Shown here: piece by piece, positions 38,375 to 50,181 of the stretch
Numbering within the stretch: position 1 is the stretch's first letter
Layout: the number at the start of each line of letters is the position of its first letter
From: Leucoraja ocellata
Lineage: Eukaryota
Assembly (NCBI GenBank): GCA_036785375.1
Contig: JAWMAR010000001.1
Span: 17,608,001 to 17,672,000, forward strand
DNA: 64,000 nt
Direction: 5' to 3'
Program-made: the position numbers and the translations under genes
Notes under the pieces: model-generated
Database searches by the model: none
Told to the model about the DNA's origin: nothing
The model's input: only the letters and a program-made list of their open reading frames with translations

Positions 38375-39375
38375 ACTCAATACCCTTACTGATGAAGGCC
38401 AATGTACCAAAAGAGTTCTTGACCACCCTGTCCACATGTAACGCTACTTTCAAGAAACTATATTCCTGTACTCCTAGATCCCTCTTCTCTACAATACTTC
38501 CCAATGACCTGCCATTCACTGTGTAGGTCCTGCCCTGGTTTGACTTCCCAAAATACAACACTTTTTACTTATCTGCATTAAACTCCATTGATCATTCCTC
38601 AGCCCACATGCCATGTTCTGCTATCATGTTTTATAACCATCTTCGCTTTCGACGATACCACCCACTTCAGTATCATCTGCAACCCTATTAATCATGCCTT
38701 CTACATTCTCATCCAAATCATTCAGACAAACCACAAACGGTAATGGGCCCAGGATTGATCCCTGAGACACACCACTAGTCAGGTCGGGGGGGAGATCCCC
38801 CTGCCACGGGTACCATGTAATCCAGTGCGACCTGCTCCATGATCGGATAGTCGGTGATAAAACCGTCTCTCCCACCTGGTTTGCCGGTGAGGAGGGGGTT
38901 GTGGATCCCCGGCAGGACCTAAAACAAGATGAGCCACTAGCGAGACAACAGCCATCCACACTTCAGTAGAAGCTGCGATCACTGTCGTACATAGCATTGT
39001 AAGGCAACGTGCCCGTTGATGTTTTCAACAATGAAAATTATGATGACTAGTCAATGGCATCCAGTACAAAAAATATTCTAACATCACCCTCTGCTTCCTT
39101 CCATGAAGCCAATTCGCTATCCAGTTGGCTAGCTCTCCCTGGATCCTATGCAATCCAGCAATCCAGAGCAGGCTACCATGTATAACTTTATGAAGTGCCT
39201 TGCCTATGTCCACATAGTCAACATCTACACCTTTGCCTTATCAACCCTTTTGGTTATTTCTTTACAAAACTCAATCAGATTCGTAAGACATAATCTCTCA
39301 CGTACAAAACCATGCTAACTATCTCTAATCAACCTCTGTCTATCCAAATACATAAATAACTTATCCCTCTCCAGT
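38375..39375 (-). mobile_element. CR1 RT fragment; host of the ERV, resumes at 48088
   Basis: TSGVSQGSILGPLPF...ADDT, and LYFGKSNQGRTYTVNG. ...CTCTCCAGT continues as AACTTACCTACC after the ERV. Confidence 0.85.
38782..39045 (+). mobile_element. Unclassified short structured retroposon with 8-bp TSD
   Basis: ACTAGTCA duplicated at 38774-38781 and 39046-39053; ends ..ATTATGATG; no ORF or clear pol III boxes. Confidence 0.65.
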
Positions 39376-39806
39376 TGTTAATACTGGCCAAATTAAAGAC
39401 ACCATAAAATGGAGGAGCCCTGCACTTCTCAAAATTGGTTAACCCTTGTCAGCTGAAATTTACAGGCTTTGGATGGCGCCAGCCAGTTTAGGCTCAGACT
39501 GGTATGCAGGATTGTGAGGGATGCAGGTGTTCGGTCCCTCAAGGTTCGGGGACCTATGTAAGGTAGCTCCCAAGAGGTCCGATGTCGATCTTCTGGTAGA
39601 ACGCTTGCATCCTTTTGGAGTGTCTCTGCTTGCACGAGGCTAGAAGGTCTTGGCTAAGCAGATACAAGGATCAAACCCACGGTGGTTAGGTATAGTAGAG
39701 GGAAACTATTGTGTTATTCAAAATAAAGTTTAGTTGTTCAAGTGCTTGATTCAGTATTTTATTGACTGAAACTAGACTGGGGGGAGCTTAGAACGAGCTA
39801 TTTACA
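39376..39806 (+). repeat. ERV LTR1 (5')
   Basis: TGTTAATAC...TATTTACA, AATAAA at ~39722, followed by the PBS. Confidence 0.85.
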
Positions 39807-39807
39807 T

Positions 39808-39825
39808 TGGTGGCTCATCCGGGAT
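39808..39825 (+). promoter_or_regulatory. Primer-binding site, tRNA-Pro (degenerate)
   Basis: TGGTGGCTCATCCGGGAT versus canonical TGGGGGCTCGTCCGGGAT. Confidence 0.8.
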
Positions 39826-42380
39826 CTCAACGGACCCCAAACACAAGTTTGCGATTAAGGGTGTTGAGCTGTCTCGATCACGAGTGCAGAAATCGGCGCC
39901 ACGGTGCAGTTTACGCATTGATTTTCGACACTTCGTTAGTCAGAGCAGATCGATCATTCGGGGGCTTGGGAAAGGGTCCCAACGAGATCGTAGAACAGAG
40001 TCTAGCAAACACTCCTTTGGGTTAGGGGCCCATAAAACCAGGGTGAGGTTAGAGGCCCTGCTGGGGTTGGGTTCGAGGTCCTTTCCTGGGTTAGAGGCCC
40101 AAAACACTTGGTCGAAGCTGGTCCGAATGTCAGGAACCAAGAAGTCACACACCGTTTACTCAAACCAACCCATTCTCTCAGTCCTGACTTACCAACCCGT
40201 CCAGGAATTGTGGACGTGGAAACATGACCCCTACTCTAGAACCCCCTCAAGTAATTTGCCAGAATAAAACAATTGGATGTACTATCATAGTAAAAACTGA
40301 AGATCACATAAAAGAAAATTGTAAACAATCTTATAACTGCCCAAGGAAACCCCTTAAAATAATGAACACTGTAAATCACTGAGCTTGTCACATCTGTATA
40401 CAATCAGGTCATTGGAGTAAGGAGTGCCCAGCGAGAAGACAGAATATAGCAGAATGGAAGAGAAATCAAAGGGCAATAAAGAAATTAAGAAAAGGAATAC
40501 AGTAGCTGGTGTCAAAAAGGAAAGAACTAAAGGGAACTAAATTGGCACTAGAGAGAGGAGAAATGAACTTATTGCACAGGAGGCACGGGAGTAGGGAAAG
40601 GAGCTATTGTACTAACTTGTTACAAAGTTGTTGTATAACCTACAACATACTACTATCTGGGGAGTGAGGTAAAGAATATGTGGACCCTTAAGAACGAGCA
40701 GAAGACACAGCTCAGGTAGGATGTGTAATTATTATCTCCATCCAGGTAGCTCCCCAGAGTCAAAGACCAACAACAAAGAAGAAATGATACTGTCCTGTTC
40801 CTTTAAGATACATCGGTGAGAGGCCAACAAATAGAGAAGGCTGCTCCTCAGTATCCCGACTCCTTTGAAACTAACATCGAGGAAGAAGACGAAGATACCT
40901 ACCCTAGTGCCCAACTTTAACATACCATATATTTGACACCAGTGAAGGGAAAATAAATTAACACCATCCAACATTTAAAACAAAAATACAAACAACCACT
41001 GATGACTAATGGGGCAAGCTCTGATTTGAAGAATTGAATTTAGAAATTCGAAAATAGATACTGCTCTGTGGTTCGGGGACAAGATACTTTGCACCTAAAT
41101 TTAGTTATTAAAAAAATTTATTTGAAAAGGGCTTATGGAATATAGTCTTAAAATAATTAGAGAATTGATTGTTGACTTGGAATTCTTCTCTTGTATCACC
41201 CATAAGAGGATAATCGAAGATAGGACGGGACTATTTAGTGGCTATCAAGAAAGGTGCAGACCCTAGCGGATATCAGAAATTAAGACATACCATGGAAACG
41301 TAAGGTGGTGGTATAGAATGATGAGGTAGACTGGAAATTTAGATAATGAGTTCCTCTCGGAAGGTCAATACTAACCATCTAGAAAGTTACTTAGAGGTAA
41401 AAGGAAACTAGTTATAAGGAAGAACACCTATTGACTGAGAGCCTATTCAAAATACTAAGGGAGAGGTACTGGAGGAGAAGTCTGATTACATTAGAAGGAG
41501 GAAGAAGGGAATGGATATTGGTATCAGAGTCGATGTATTTGACTGGTGGATCAAGATTTGTCTAACCCTTGATAGTAAAGCGGTTCTATTATCAAGGTGT
41601 AAAGAAATTGTCCCTAGATTCGGCATTCTTAATTGGCTTTATAATAAAATTGACAACATATGGAACGTGATTGATAAAATTTAAACAGCTCAGAATTCCA
41701 CATGAATTGGATGGAATTGTGTTATTGATCACAAGCTGTGGAATGAAAGGGTGAGACAAACCCTGAAATTTTAAATATTAAATTGAATTTGGTTGAATGG
41801 AAACATTCTTCATGGTTTGCTTTAAATAAGAGTCACGCCTGTAGGGAAATGTGGACTGAACCCAGCAGAAATGTATATGAGAAATCATCATCAGATATAC
41901 ATTAAAGAACCGTGTGAACACGGAGATGGCTGATTAGTGTTGATCCTAGAATAAGAAAGAAGATATTATAGAGCAGAATAGTGATAGGGAAATAAAAAAG
42001 GGCTTATGACTGACAGAACAGAGTTACAGTAGAATGTATGGGAAACCATTAGTGCATGAATGGTAACTTGCTTTGTCCCAAGTTTATCAGGAATTATAGG
42101 TTATAGATTTGACTATGGAAAGGGATGGAAGAATGGGCAACAACACGGATGGAGGGAATTCGCGCCCACGAAAACTCGGGAGGTGAAGACTCATCAGACG
42201 GAAATTGTACAGCTACATCCATGAAAACGCAGGAAGCTTGATAAGATTCTGAGAAGAAACATCATCATCTTGTTGTTGTTAATAGATGGAGAATGTAATA
42301 GTCACACAAATGTATATCTGATTATCTGATTATTTGGTTATCATAAATGATGATTTATCATATATGATAAAAGGAAGGAA

Positions 42381-42830
42381 TGTTAATACTGGCCAAATTA
42401 AAGACACCATAAAATGGAGGATCCCTGCACTTTTCATAATTGCTTAACCCTTGTCAACTGAAATTTACAGGCTTTGGATGGCGCCAGCCAGTCTAGGCTC
42501 AGACTGGTATGCAGGACGGTAAGGGATCCAGGTGTTCTCCTTGTTTCTCCTAAATTGATAAAATGTATAGCAGTTTTGCAAACAAACCATAAATGCATCA
42601 TTTCGATTGGATCGCTGCAAGGGCATTGTAAATAGTATAAATAATGTTGCGAGATGGTCATCCTGTTAATTGATGATTGGTCGAACTGGTGAGCCTTGGA
42701 GAAACTGTCTGAATCCCAGGGCACATGTTGCTATGTTTGCGTCTTTCTAGAAACTCCTTGACTAAATGCTTGATTTAGTATTTTATTGACTGAAACTAGA
42801 CTGGGGGGAGCTTAGAATGAGCTATTTACA
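42381..42830 (+). repeat. ERV LTR2 with a different middle segment
   Basis: First ~155 bp and last ~65 bp match LTR1; 42537-42765 is unrelated; followed by PBS-Pro TGGGGGCTCGTCCAGGAT (42832-42849). Confidence 0.8.
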
Positions 42831-42895
42831 TTGGGGGCTCGTCCAGGATCTCAACGGACCCCCAAACACAAGTTTGCGATTAAGGTTTTTGCATT

Positions 42896-45800
42896 TGTAG
42901 ATGGCTTATGCATGCAACCAATCACAGAGCTACCTCAGCACTACTAACCCCGCCTTAGGTATCATTTATAATAACGCCTGCTTCTCCTTCTGCCGAAAGC
43001 CTGCCCAGCTCGTCTTCGATTCGGACATCGCGGAGCGCTGGGCTACTTTCGAACTGGACTACCGCCACTACATGAATATCGCACATGAGCTCGACGAGCC
43101 CGATGAGGTCAAAGCCTCTCTTCTTCTCAACCTTGTACCGATACCCATAGAAAGAGCCGACGACCCGCATGTCCGGATACGCAAATTCAGGGAGATTTGT
43201 GACCTGCCCTCGAATCGTATTTTAGAAAGGGCACGATTTTTTACTCGCAAGCAGTTGCCCGATGAGCCTGTCGAGTGCTTCATCGCTGACTTACGTTACC
43301 TAACCCAGAGGTGCCGATTCGAAGCGATGACAGACCAGCTAACCAGAGACATTTTGGTGACAGGGATGCTCGATCAGAAACTGAGATCAGAGCTCCTCCG
43401 CAAACCCGATCTGACTTTAAATTAAGCCATGCATGCCTGCAGAATGGCTGAGGTCATTGACCCGCCTGACAGTCAGCGTGATTCAGACACTAAATCTATC
43501 AACCTGACTGGGTTCAATAGACCGCGACCTCGCACGGATATCACAAAATTTGTGCCTCGGGCCAGCCCCGCACCTGGCGGTGAGCCCCCCAAATGCCCGA
43601 AATGCAATTATATGCATCACAGGCAGTCGCCATGCCCTGCCTACGGTAAAGCCTGCAACTATTGCAAGAAGTTAAACCATTTCTCTGCTGCCTGTCGTTC
43701 TCGTGGGAAAGTACCACAAGCTTCCAGACCTAACCTAAACATGCTGATGCAAGTTGATAACAAGTATGGTTCTCTGTCCTTGCTCGACGCTGCCCACGTT
43801 GCCGATCCAATTAATTCGCAAGGGGAGGCAAGTGTGTTTTCACTCCTTCATGCACCTGGCCGGCTACCCGATCCAACTGTTCTGATAACTGTCAACAATT
43901 CCGACTTTCACGCTAAGCTTGACACGGGGGCGAGAGTGAATGTAATGTCAATAAGCCTTTTCAAGAAGATAAGGAATAATGAGCTACTGATTGCAGTCTT
44001 TGGATGGCGCCAGCCTGCACGCTTACGGGGGCGAGGTGCTGAGACCGCCGGGAAAAGCTACTTTCACTTGTGTGCTGAAAAAGACAATGCGTGCCATGAC
44101 CTTTTATGTTTTGAACTCTGACTGTGTGACTTTGTTGGGCAACCAGGCATGCCAGGATCTGGGACTGGTGTCGTTCTACAGAACGGTCCACAAGGTGATG
44201 ATATCGGTGGACCCGGTAAAGGAATACCCCTGACCTGTTTAATGACGAACTGGGCAAGCTGCCTATTACCTACAAAATCGCTACTGATCCAAAGGTGTCA
44301 CCTGTAATTCGTGCACCGCACAGAGTGTCTCACGCCATGAAGGACAAAGTCGAATCCATGCTGAACGACATGGTCACCATGGGGGTGCTAGTAGCGGTCA
44401 GTGAGCCTACCGAGTGGGTGTCCACCATGGTTGCCACGTTAAAAAAGGACAAGAATGAAATCTGTGTGTGCATCAACCCTAAAGACTTGAACCTTGCCAT
44501 CAGGCGCCCCCACTACCCCATGAGGACAGTTGAGGATGTTGCAGCCCAGGTCGGACAGGCCACCGTCTTCTCTGTCCTCAACGCAAAGAGCTCATTTTGG
44601 CAGATACCGCTGGACAAGGGGTCATCGGATCTGACCACTTTTTCGACACCGTTCGGCAGATTCAAGTTCTTGCGAATGCCATTCGGCATCAACTCCGCCA
44701 GCGAGGTGTTCCAGAGGACCGTGGAACAGCTGTTCGCTGGCCTGCCATGCGCCATCATTGTTGATGACATCCTGGTCTACGGGAAAGACGTGGTGGAGCA
44801 CGACCAGAACCTACGCTGTGTCCTGGAGCGTGCACGACAGATCAACCTCAAGCTTAACCCCAAGAAGTGCAGATTTCGGATCTCCGAGGTCACGTACGTT
44901 GGCCATGTATTCACTCCTGCCGGACTCAAGCCAGATCCTTTGAAAGCTGCCGCTATCACAGAGATGCCGGCCCCCACCGACGTGCTTGGTCTACAGCGCT
45001 TCCTGGGTATGGTGAACTATCTTGGGAAGTTTATTCCCAACCTCAGCGAACTGAGCTCGTCCCTGCGACAACTGACTAGAAAAGACACTGCCTGGTCCCG
45101 GTTCCCGCAGCATCAGCAGGCCTTCGATACTTTAAAGTCTAAGCTGATCAGCACTCCCACTCTGACGTTTTTCGACCTGAAGCGCCCCATCACCGTCACC
45201 TGTGACGCCTTGCCCTTCGGGCTCGGTGCAGCCTGCCTACAGTCCTCTGCCAATGGCTCCCTGCTCCCTGTCTCCTATGCCTCCCGTACCATGACCGACA
45301 CCGAACAACGCTGCGAACAGATCGAAAAGGAACTGCTTGCTGTCGTTTTCGCCTGCTCTAAGTTCAAAGACTTTCTTTTCGGGAATTCTTTCATGGTTGA
45401 GACTGACCACCAGCCATTGGTGACCATCCTGAACAAGCCGATCCATGCCGCACCTGCCAGGCTGCAGCGTATGATGATGCAGCTCCAGCATTTCGACTTC
45501 ACCATCGTCTACAAAAAGGGTACTGAAATGCACGTTGCGGACACTCTCTCTCACGCCCCCCGCGCTACCTGTGATCGCCACCCCTACGAACGGGAAGACC
45601 TTCTGGTGCTCGGCGTTGACTTTGTCCCCACTAAGCCGCTTCAGTGCCTAGCCGAGCATACTGCCGCCGACCCCGCTCTGCAGCGACTTTCTTCCGTGAT
45701 TAAAGGGGGTTGGCCGAGCAAACCCCTTTTTCCTGGTTCGCGACGAACTGGTCATCCAAGACGGCTTTATTGTTAAGGGCCACAAGGTCGTGGTCCCCTC

Positions 45801-47262
45801 CTCCCTGTATGACAAGTACTACAGCATGGCCCACAGCGGGCACCCGGGCGTTGATGCCACGATCACCCACGCACAGTGCCAATTCTACTGGCCTGGAATG
45901 GCTAAGTACATTCGGGACCGTGTCTCGTCTTGCTCTACCTGCAACAGCCTTGCGCCCCACCAGCAAAGGCAGCCCCATTTTGCAACAACCCGCGCCTGCC
46001 CTCGCCTGGACCTCGGTGGCCGCTGACATTTTCGAGTGGCGCGGTAAACACTACCTTGTCCTGGCCGACTCGTACTCGAACTGGTTCGAGGTTGACCTCC
46101 TGACCTCCCTCACGTCCGAGATGGTTATCCGCTAGCTGAGGAAACATTTTTTCACTTTCAGCGCGCCTGTCCGTCTGCAGACCGACAACGGCAGGCAGTT
46201 TACCAGCCAGGTGTTCAAGCACTTTGCTAACAAATGGAACTTCCTCCACTTCATGAGCAGCCCTGAATACCCGCAGAGTAACGGGCTAGCTGAGCGGGCT
46301 GTCCGGAGTGCCAAACTGCTAATGGAGCAAGCGCGCCTGGCGAATTCCGACTTCTACCTCGACCTCCTGAACCTAAGGAACATTTCCAGGGATGCAACCC
46401 TGGGGTCACCTGCCCAGCGGCTGATGTCCAGAACGATGAGACCACCGATTCCGATTGCTCAACACAAGCTTCTACCTCGAGTGCTGGAGCCTGCTTCCGT
46501 CCAGACGTGCATTCAGGAAAAGCACGACATTCAGAGACGGTCACATGATAGATCGTGCAAACCACTCAAGCCTCTACTGCCCGGACAGGCCGTTCGTCTA
46601 CAGACTGCTAGCGGATATTCCCGTTTGGCCACCGTGGTTGGCATTGCCGACGCGCCTCGTTCATACCTTGTGGACTTTGAAGGGACTGTTTACCGCAGAA
46701 GTCGTCAGCACTTGCTTGCAGTACAGGAGCCGCTCCTGCAGGCAGCGGGACCATACGCTCCGCCGCTGCAGTTCCAGCCGTCCGCTGCTGATCCCGTTAC
46801 CGGCCCCTGCATGCCTCAGTCCCCTCGCGTGTTTTGCTTGCCTCCACATGGGACGCCCCTTGCACGTTTGAGTCCCCCGCCGCTTTCTGTTTCCCCTACA
46901 GCTTTGTCGCCTCCGGGTTTGGGTCTTTCTGGTGAGGGGGGGAAGGGTTGGTCCGTACGCGCTCAGGCCGTGTCAGCAAGCCGCCTGTTCGGTATGGTAA
47001 TTTTGTTTAATTTTGTTGCCATGGTTATTCTCCATGTTTAATCTTCTAAGGGGAAGGATGTAGATGGCTTATGCATGCAACCAATCACATAGCTACCTCA
47101 GCACTACTAACCCTGCCTTAGGTATCATTTATAATAACGCCTGTTTCTCCTTTTGCGCAGTACAGTAGCAGACTGGAGTCAGTGACTACTCATGTATCGT
47201 TTAACTCTGTATCCTTATTAAAGACTGTTATAAAGTTACACGTGTGTAATGACTCATTTACA
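42896..47262 (+). mobile_element. Ty3/Gypsy LTR retrotransposon (Mag-like) nested in the ERV leader
   Basis: 5-bp TSD GCATT (42891-95, 47263-67); truncated 5' LTR 42896-~42993; 3' LTR 47059-47262 preceded by PPT AAGGGGAAGGA. Confidence 0.93.
42994..47041 (+). pseudogene. Gypsy gag-pol (Gag zinc knuckles, protease, RT, RNase H, integrase), disrupted
   Basis: CPKC..H..C and CNYCKKLNHFSAAC, KLDTGA, LRMPFGI...IVDD, CDA..GLGA, ETDHQPL, HSGHPG..C.TC, PQSNGLAERAV. Stops at ~43423, 44231 and 46133, plus frameshifts. Confidence 0.92.
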
Positions 47263-47800
47263 GCATTGATTTTCGGCACTTCGCTAGTCGGAGCGGATCG
47301 ATCATTCGGGGGCTTGGGAAAGGGTCCCAACGAGATCGTAGAACAGAGTCTGGAAAGCACGGGGGGGTGATAGCACTCCTTTGGGTTAGGGGCCCATAAA
47401 ACCAGGGTGGGGTTAGAGGCCCTGCTGGGATTGGGTTAGAGGCCCTTTCCTGGGTTAGAGGCCCGAAACTCTTGGACAAAGCAGGTAGCTGCAGCTGCTG
47501 CTGAGCCAATTTGCGGTTGGGTTAAAAGCCCCCTCCATTGGGTTAGAGGCCAATAAAAGTAGGGTTGGGTTAGAGGCCCTCTCCTTTGGGTTAGAGGCCT
47601 GCAAAGCTCGGCCCAAAGGCCCAGCCCAGAGTTGGATATCTGATTGGCGGGATATTTAAAGAGAAACTGGGTTTAAGCGGTGCTAAGCGGCAAAGTACTG
47701 CATCGTTGCTGGTGGTGCATATTGGAAAGGCGCACTCCGAAACTCGGCATCGACTACCAGCGTGAATAGGCTACACGCTGACACCCGGTACTTAGTACGT

Positions 47801-48087
47801 ACGGCCCCTCAAGGTTTGAGGACCTATAAAAGGTAACTCCCATGAGGTCCGATGTCGATCTTCTGCAAGAACGCTTGGGACTGCGTGACCTTTTGGAGTG
47901 TCTCTGCGTGCACAAGGCTAGAAGGGTTTGGCAAGACAGATGCAAGGGTCGAACACGCGGTGGTCAGGTATAGTTTAGGGAAACTTTTGTTGTGTTATTC
48001 AAAATAAAGTTTAGTTGTTCAAGTGCTTGATTCAGTATTTTATTGACTGAAACTAGACTGGGGGCAGTTTAGAACAAGCTATTTACA
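47801..48087 (+). repeat. ERV LTR3 (partial; matches the middle and 3' end of LTR1)
   Basis: GGCCCCTCAAGG...TATAAAA (47825)...AATAAA (~48003)...TATTTACA then the TSD. Confidence 0.8.
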
Positions 48088-49975
48088 CAGTAACTTACCT
48101 ACCATAAATATTAGGCTCACTGGTCTATAGTTCCAGGCTTTACCTTGCATCCCTTCTTAAATAGTGGCATAACATTAGCCACCAGAATCCTTTCCAATAG
48201 CTTCCCTAACAATGATGTGAGGCTCACCGGCCTACAATTCCCTGGATTTTCTCTACTTCCTTTCTTAAACAAAGGAACAACATTAGTTACTTTCTAGTCC
48301 TCTGGGATCTCAGCTGTGGCTGAAGAAGCTGCAAAGATCTTCCACAAGGTTCCCACAATCTCCTCCGGCCTCTCTCAATAATCTGGGATAGATCGTTTCT
48401 GGCCTTGGGGATTTATCCATCCTAATGCTTTCCAAGACCTCCATCTTTTTAATCTACAACTTCCTTTGCATATTAGTATTATCCACACTGACTCACTGTA
48501 CACCATGACCTGTTCTTTGATAAAAACAGATGAAAAGTATCTCACCTACATCCCCTGACTCCAGGCACAAATTCTCTCATTTATCCCTAAGCGGTCCGAC
48601 CTTTACCTAATTGCCCCCTTGTTTTTAATGTAAATATAAAAATTCTGGTGTTACAGACTTGTCCCCACTTGTATTATACCCTGGTGTTATACAGTGACAG
48701 ACATGCCCCACCAGTACTGTATTCAGTATTATACATTGATAGGCCGGCTTTTATCAGTCCTGCTTATCAGTGTTAAACAGTGACAGATCAATTCCCACTA
48801 TTACTGTAACTGAGACATAGAGCAGAATACTTGTCTCCACCTGTATGCTACCCCTGATTTACAGTGATACACTTGAATCCACGGGAGGTTTAACCATCTA
48901 TGGTGATGCAATTGTGTCTGACAATATGCTATCCCTGAGAGTAGGTAGATATGAACTTGACTGGATATGAAACCTGACACGTGACAATCTAGAACAATCC
49001 AAACATGTACGTCAGGCTGTTGTTCATCAAGTACAGCTCAGCAATAATCCCCTCTAAACTTATCATCGATTAGAGAACTGGGTTTCTGCTCACCCCTATG
49101 TAATTGGATCCTCAACCTCCTCGTTGGAAGGCCACAATCAGTATGAAATAATAACAGTACTTCTTCCTTGATAACCATCAACAGGAGCAGCTAAAAACTG
49201 TGGGCTCAGTCCCCTTGCTCTACTCTCTCTATAACCATAACTGTGTAGCTAGAAACAACTCCAATACCAACTTTAAATTTGTCAACGGTATCACCATTGT
49301 TGGATGAATAACGGATAACGAAGAGTAGGAAGGAGATTGAAAATCTCGAGGTGCTGATTGATGACTTCAGGAGGGGAAAGCCAGGGATCCATGAACCTGT
49401 CATCATCAACAGGACGGCAGAGAAGAGTCAATAGCTACAGGTTCCTGGGCGTGAATAATTCTGAAAATCTGTCTTGGACACGGCACATTAATCCACTCGC
49501 ATCAACGGCTCTACTTCCTTAGAAGATTGAGGAGGTTCAGTATGTCGGTGAATACTCTATTGAATTTCTACAGGTGTACAGTGGAGAGTATATTCACTGG
49601 TTGCATCACAGTCTGGTATAGGAAATTGAACACCCAGTGTTATATTCCGGACGGCAGAATGAATAACAACTGCAGAACGAATAACAACATGCAGGTTGCC
49701 TGGATCACGAGATAGATTTATTATCCAACATTCCCTGCTTATATTGAACACCAACTCATTAACATATACATGAATATGTATGAATACATTACACTGCTCT
49801 CCTTTTTTAAAGTATTAATTCTAAGTACTCAGTTACAATTTTGTTGTTGTGATACTTGATTTAAACCAGTATTTATGAAATCCTAAATGATAAACATAAT
49901 ATATTTATTTTACATATCTACACATTTTCATTTTACTTATACAGTGATTTATTTAACTTACAAACCTAACCTGAC

Positions 49976-50181
49976 GGTTACACAAAAAAGCTGGAGAAAC
50001 TCAGCGGGTGCAGCAGCATCTATGGAGCGAAGGAAATAGGCAACAGGAAATAACCCTTCTTCAGACGTTTCGGCCCGAAACGTTGCCTATTTCCTTCGCT
50101 CCATAGATGCTGCTGCACCCGCTGAGTTTCTCCAGCTTTTTTGTGTAACCTTCGATTCTCCAGCATCTGCAGTTCCCTCTT
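49976..50181. mobile_element. Fold-back Penelope pLTR mini-insertion with 14-bp TSD
   Basis: AAACCTAACCTGAC at 49962-49975 and 50182-50195; arms GGTTACACAAAAAAGCTGG...ATAGGCAAC / GTTGCCTAT...GTGTAACC. Confidence 0.85.

Larger units (their letters stand above)
39376..48087 (+). mobile_element. Endogenous retrovirus (class I-like), decayed, composite three-LTR structure
   Basis: TG...CA ends with CAGT TSD (39372-75, 48088-91); tRNA-Pro PBS; Gag zinc knuckle CHICIQSGHWSKECP (40386-40430); integrase remnants VDVFDWWI, KEIVPRFGI, RVTP...GLNPAE (~41530-41880); PPT AAAAGGAAGGAA before 42381. Confidence 0.85.

Noticed and set aside
44295-45776. 493-aa RT/RNase H ORF as an active or domesticated gene
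   Set aside because: It is flanked by stops and frameshifts within an LTR element that has lost its PBS.
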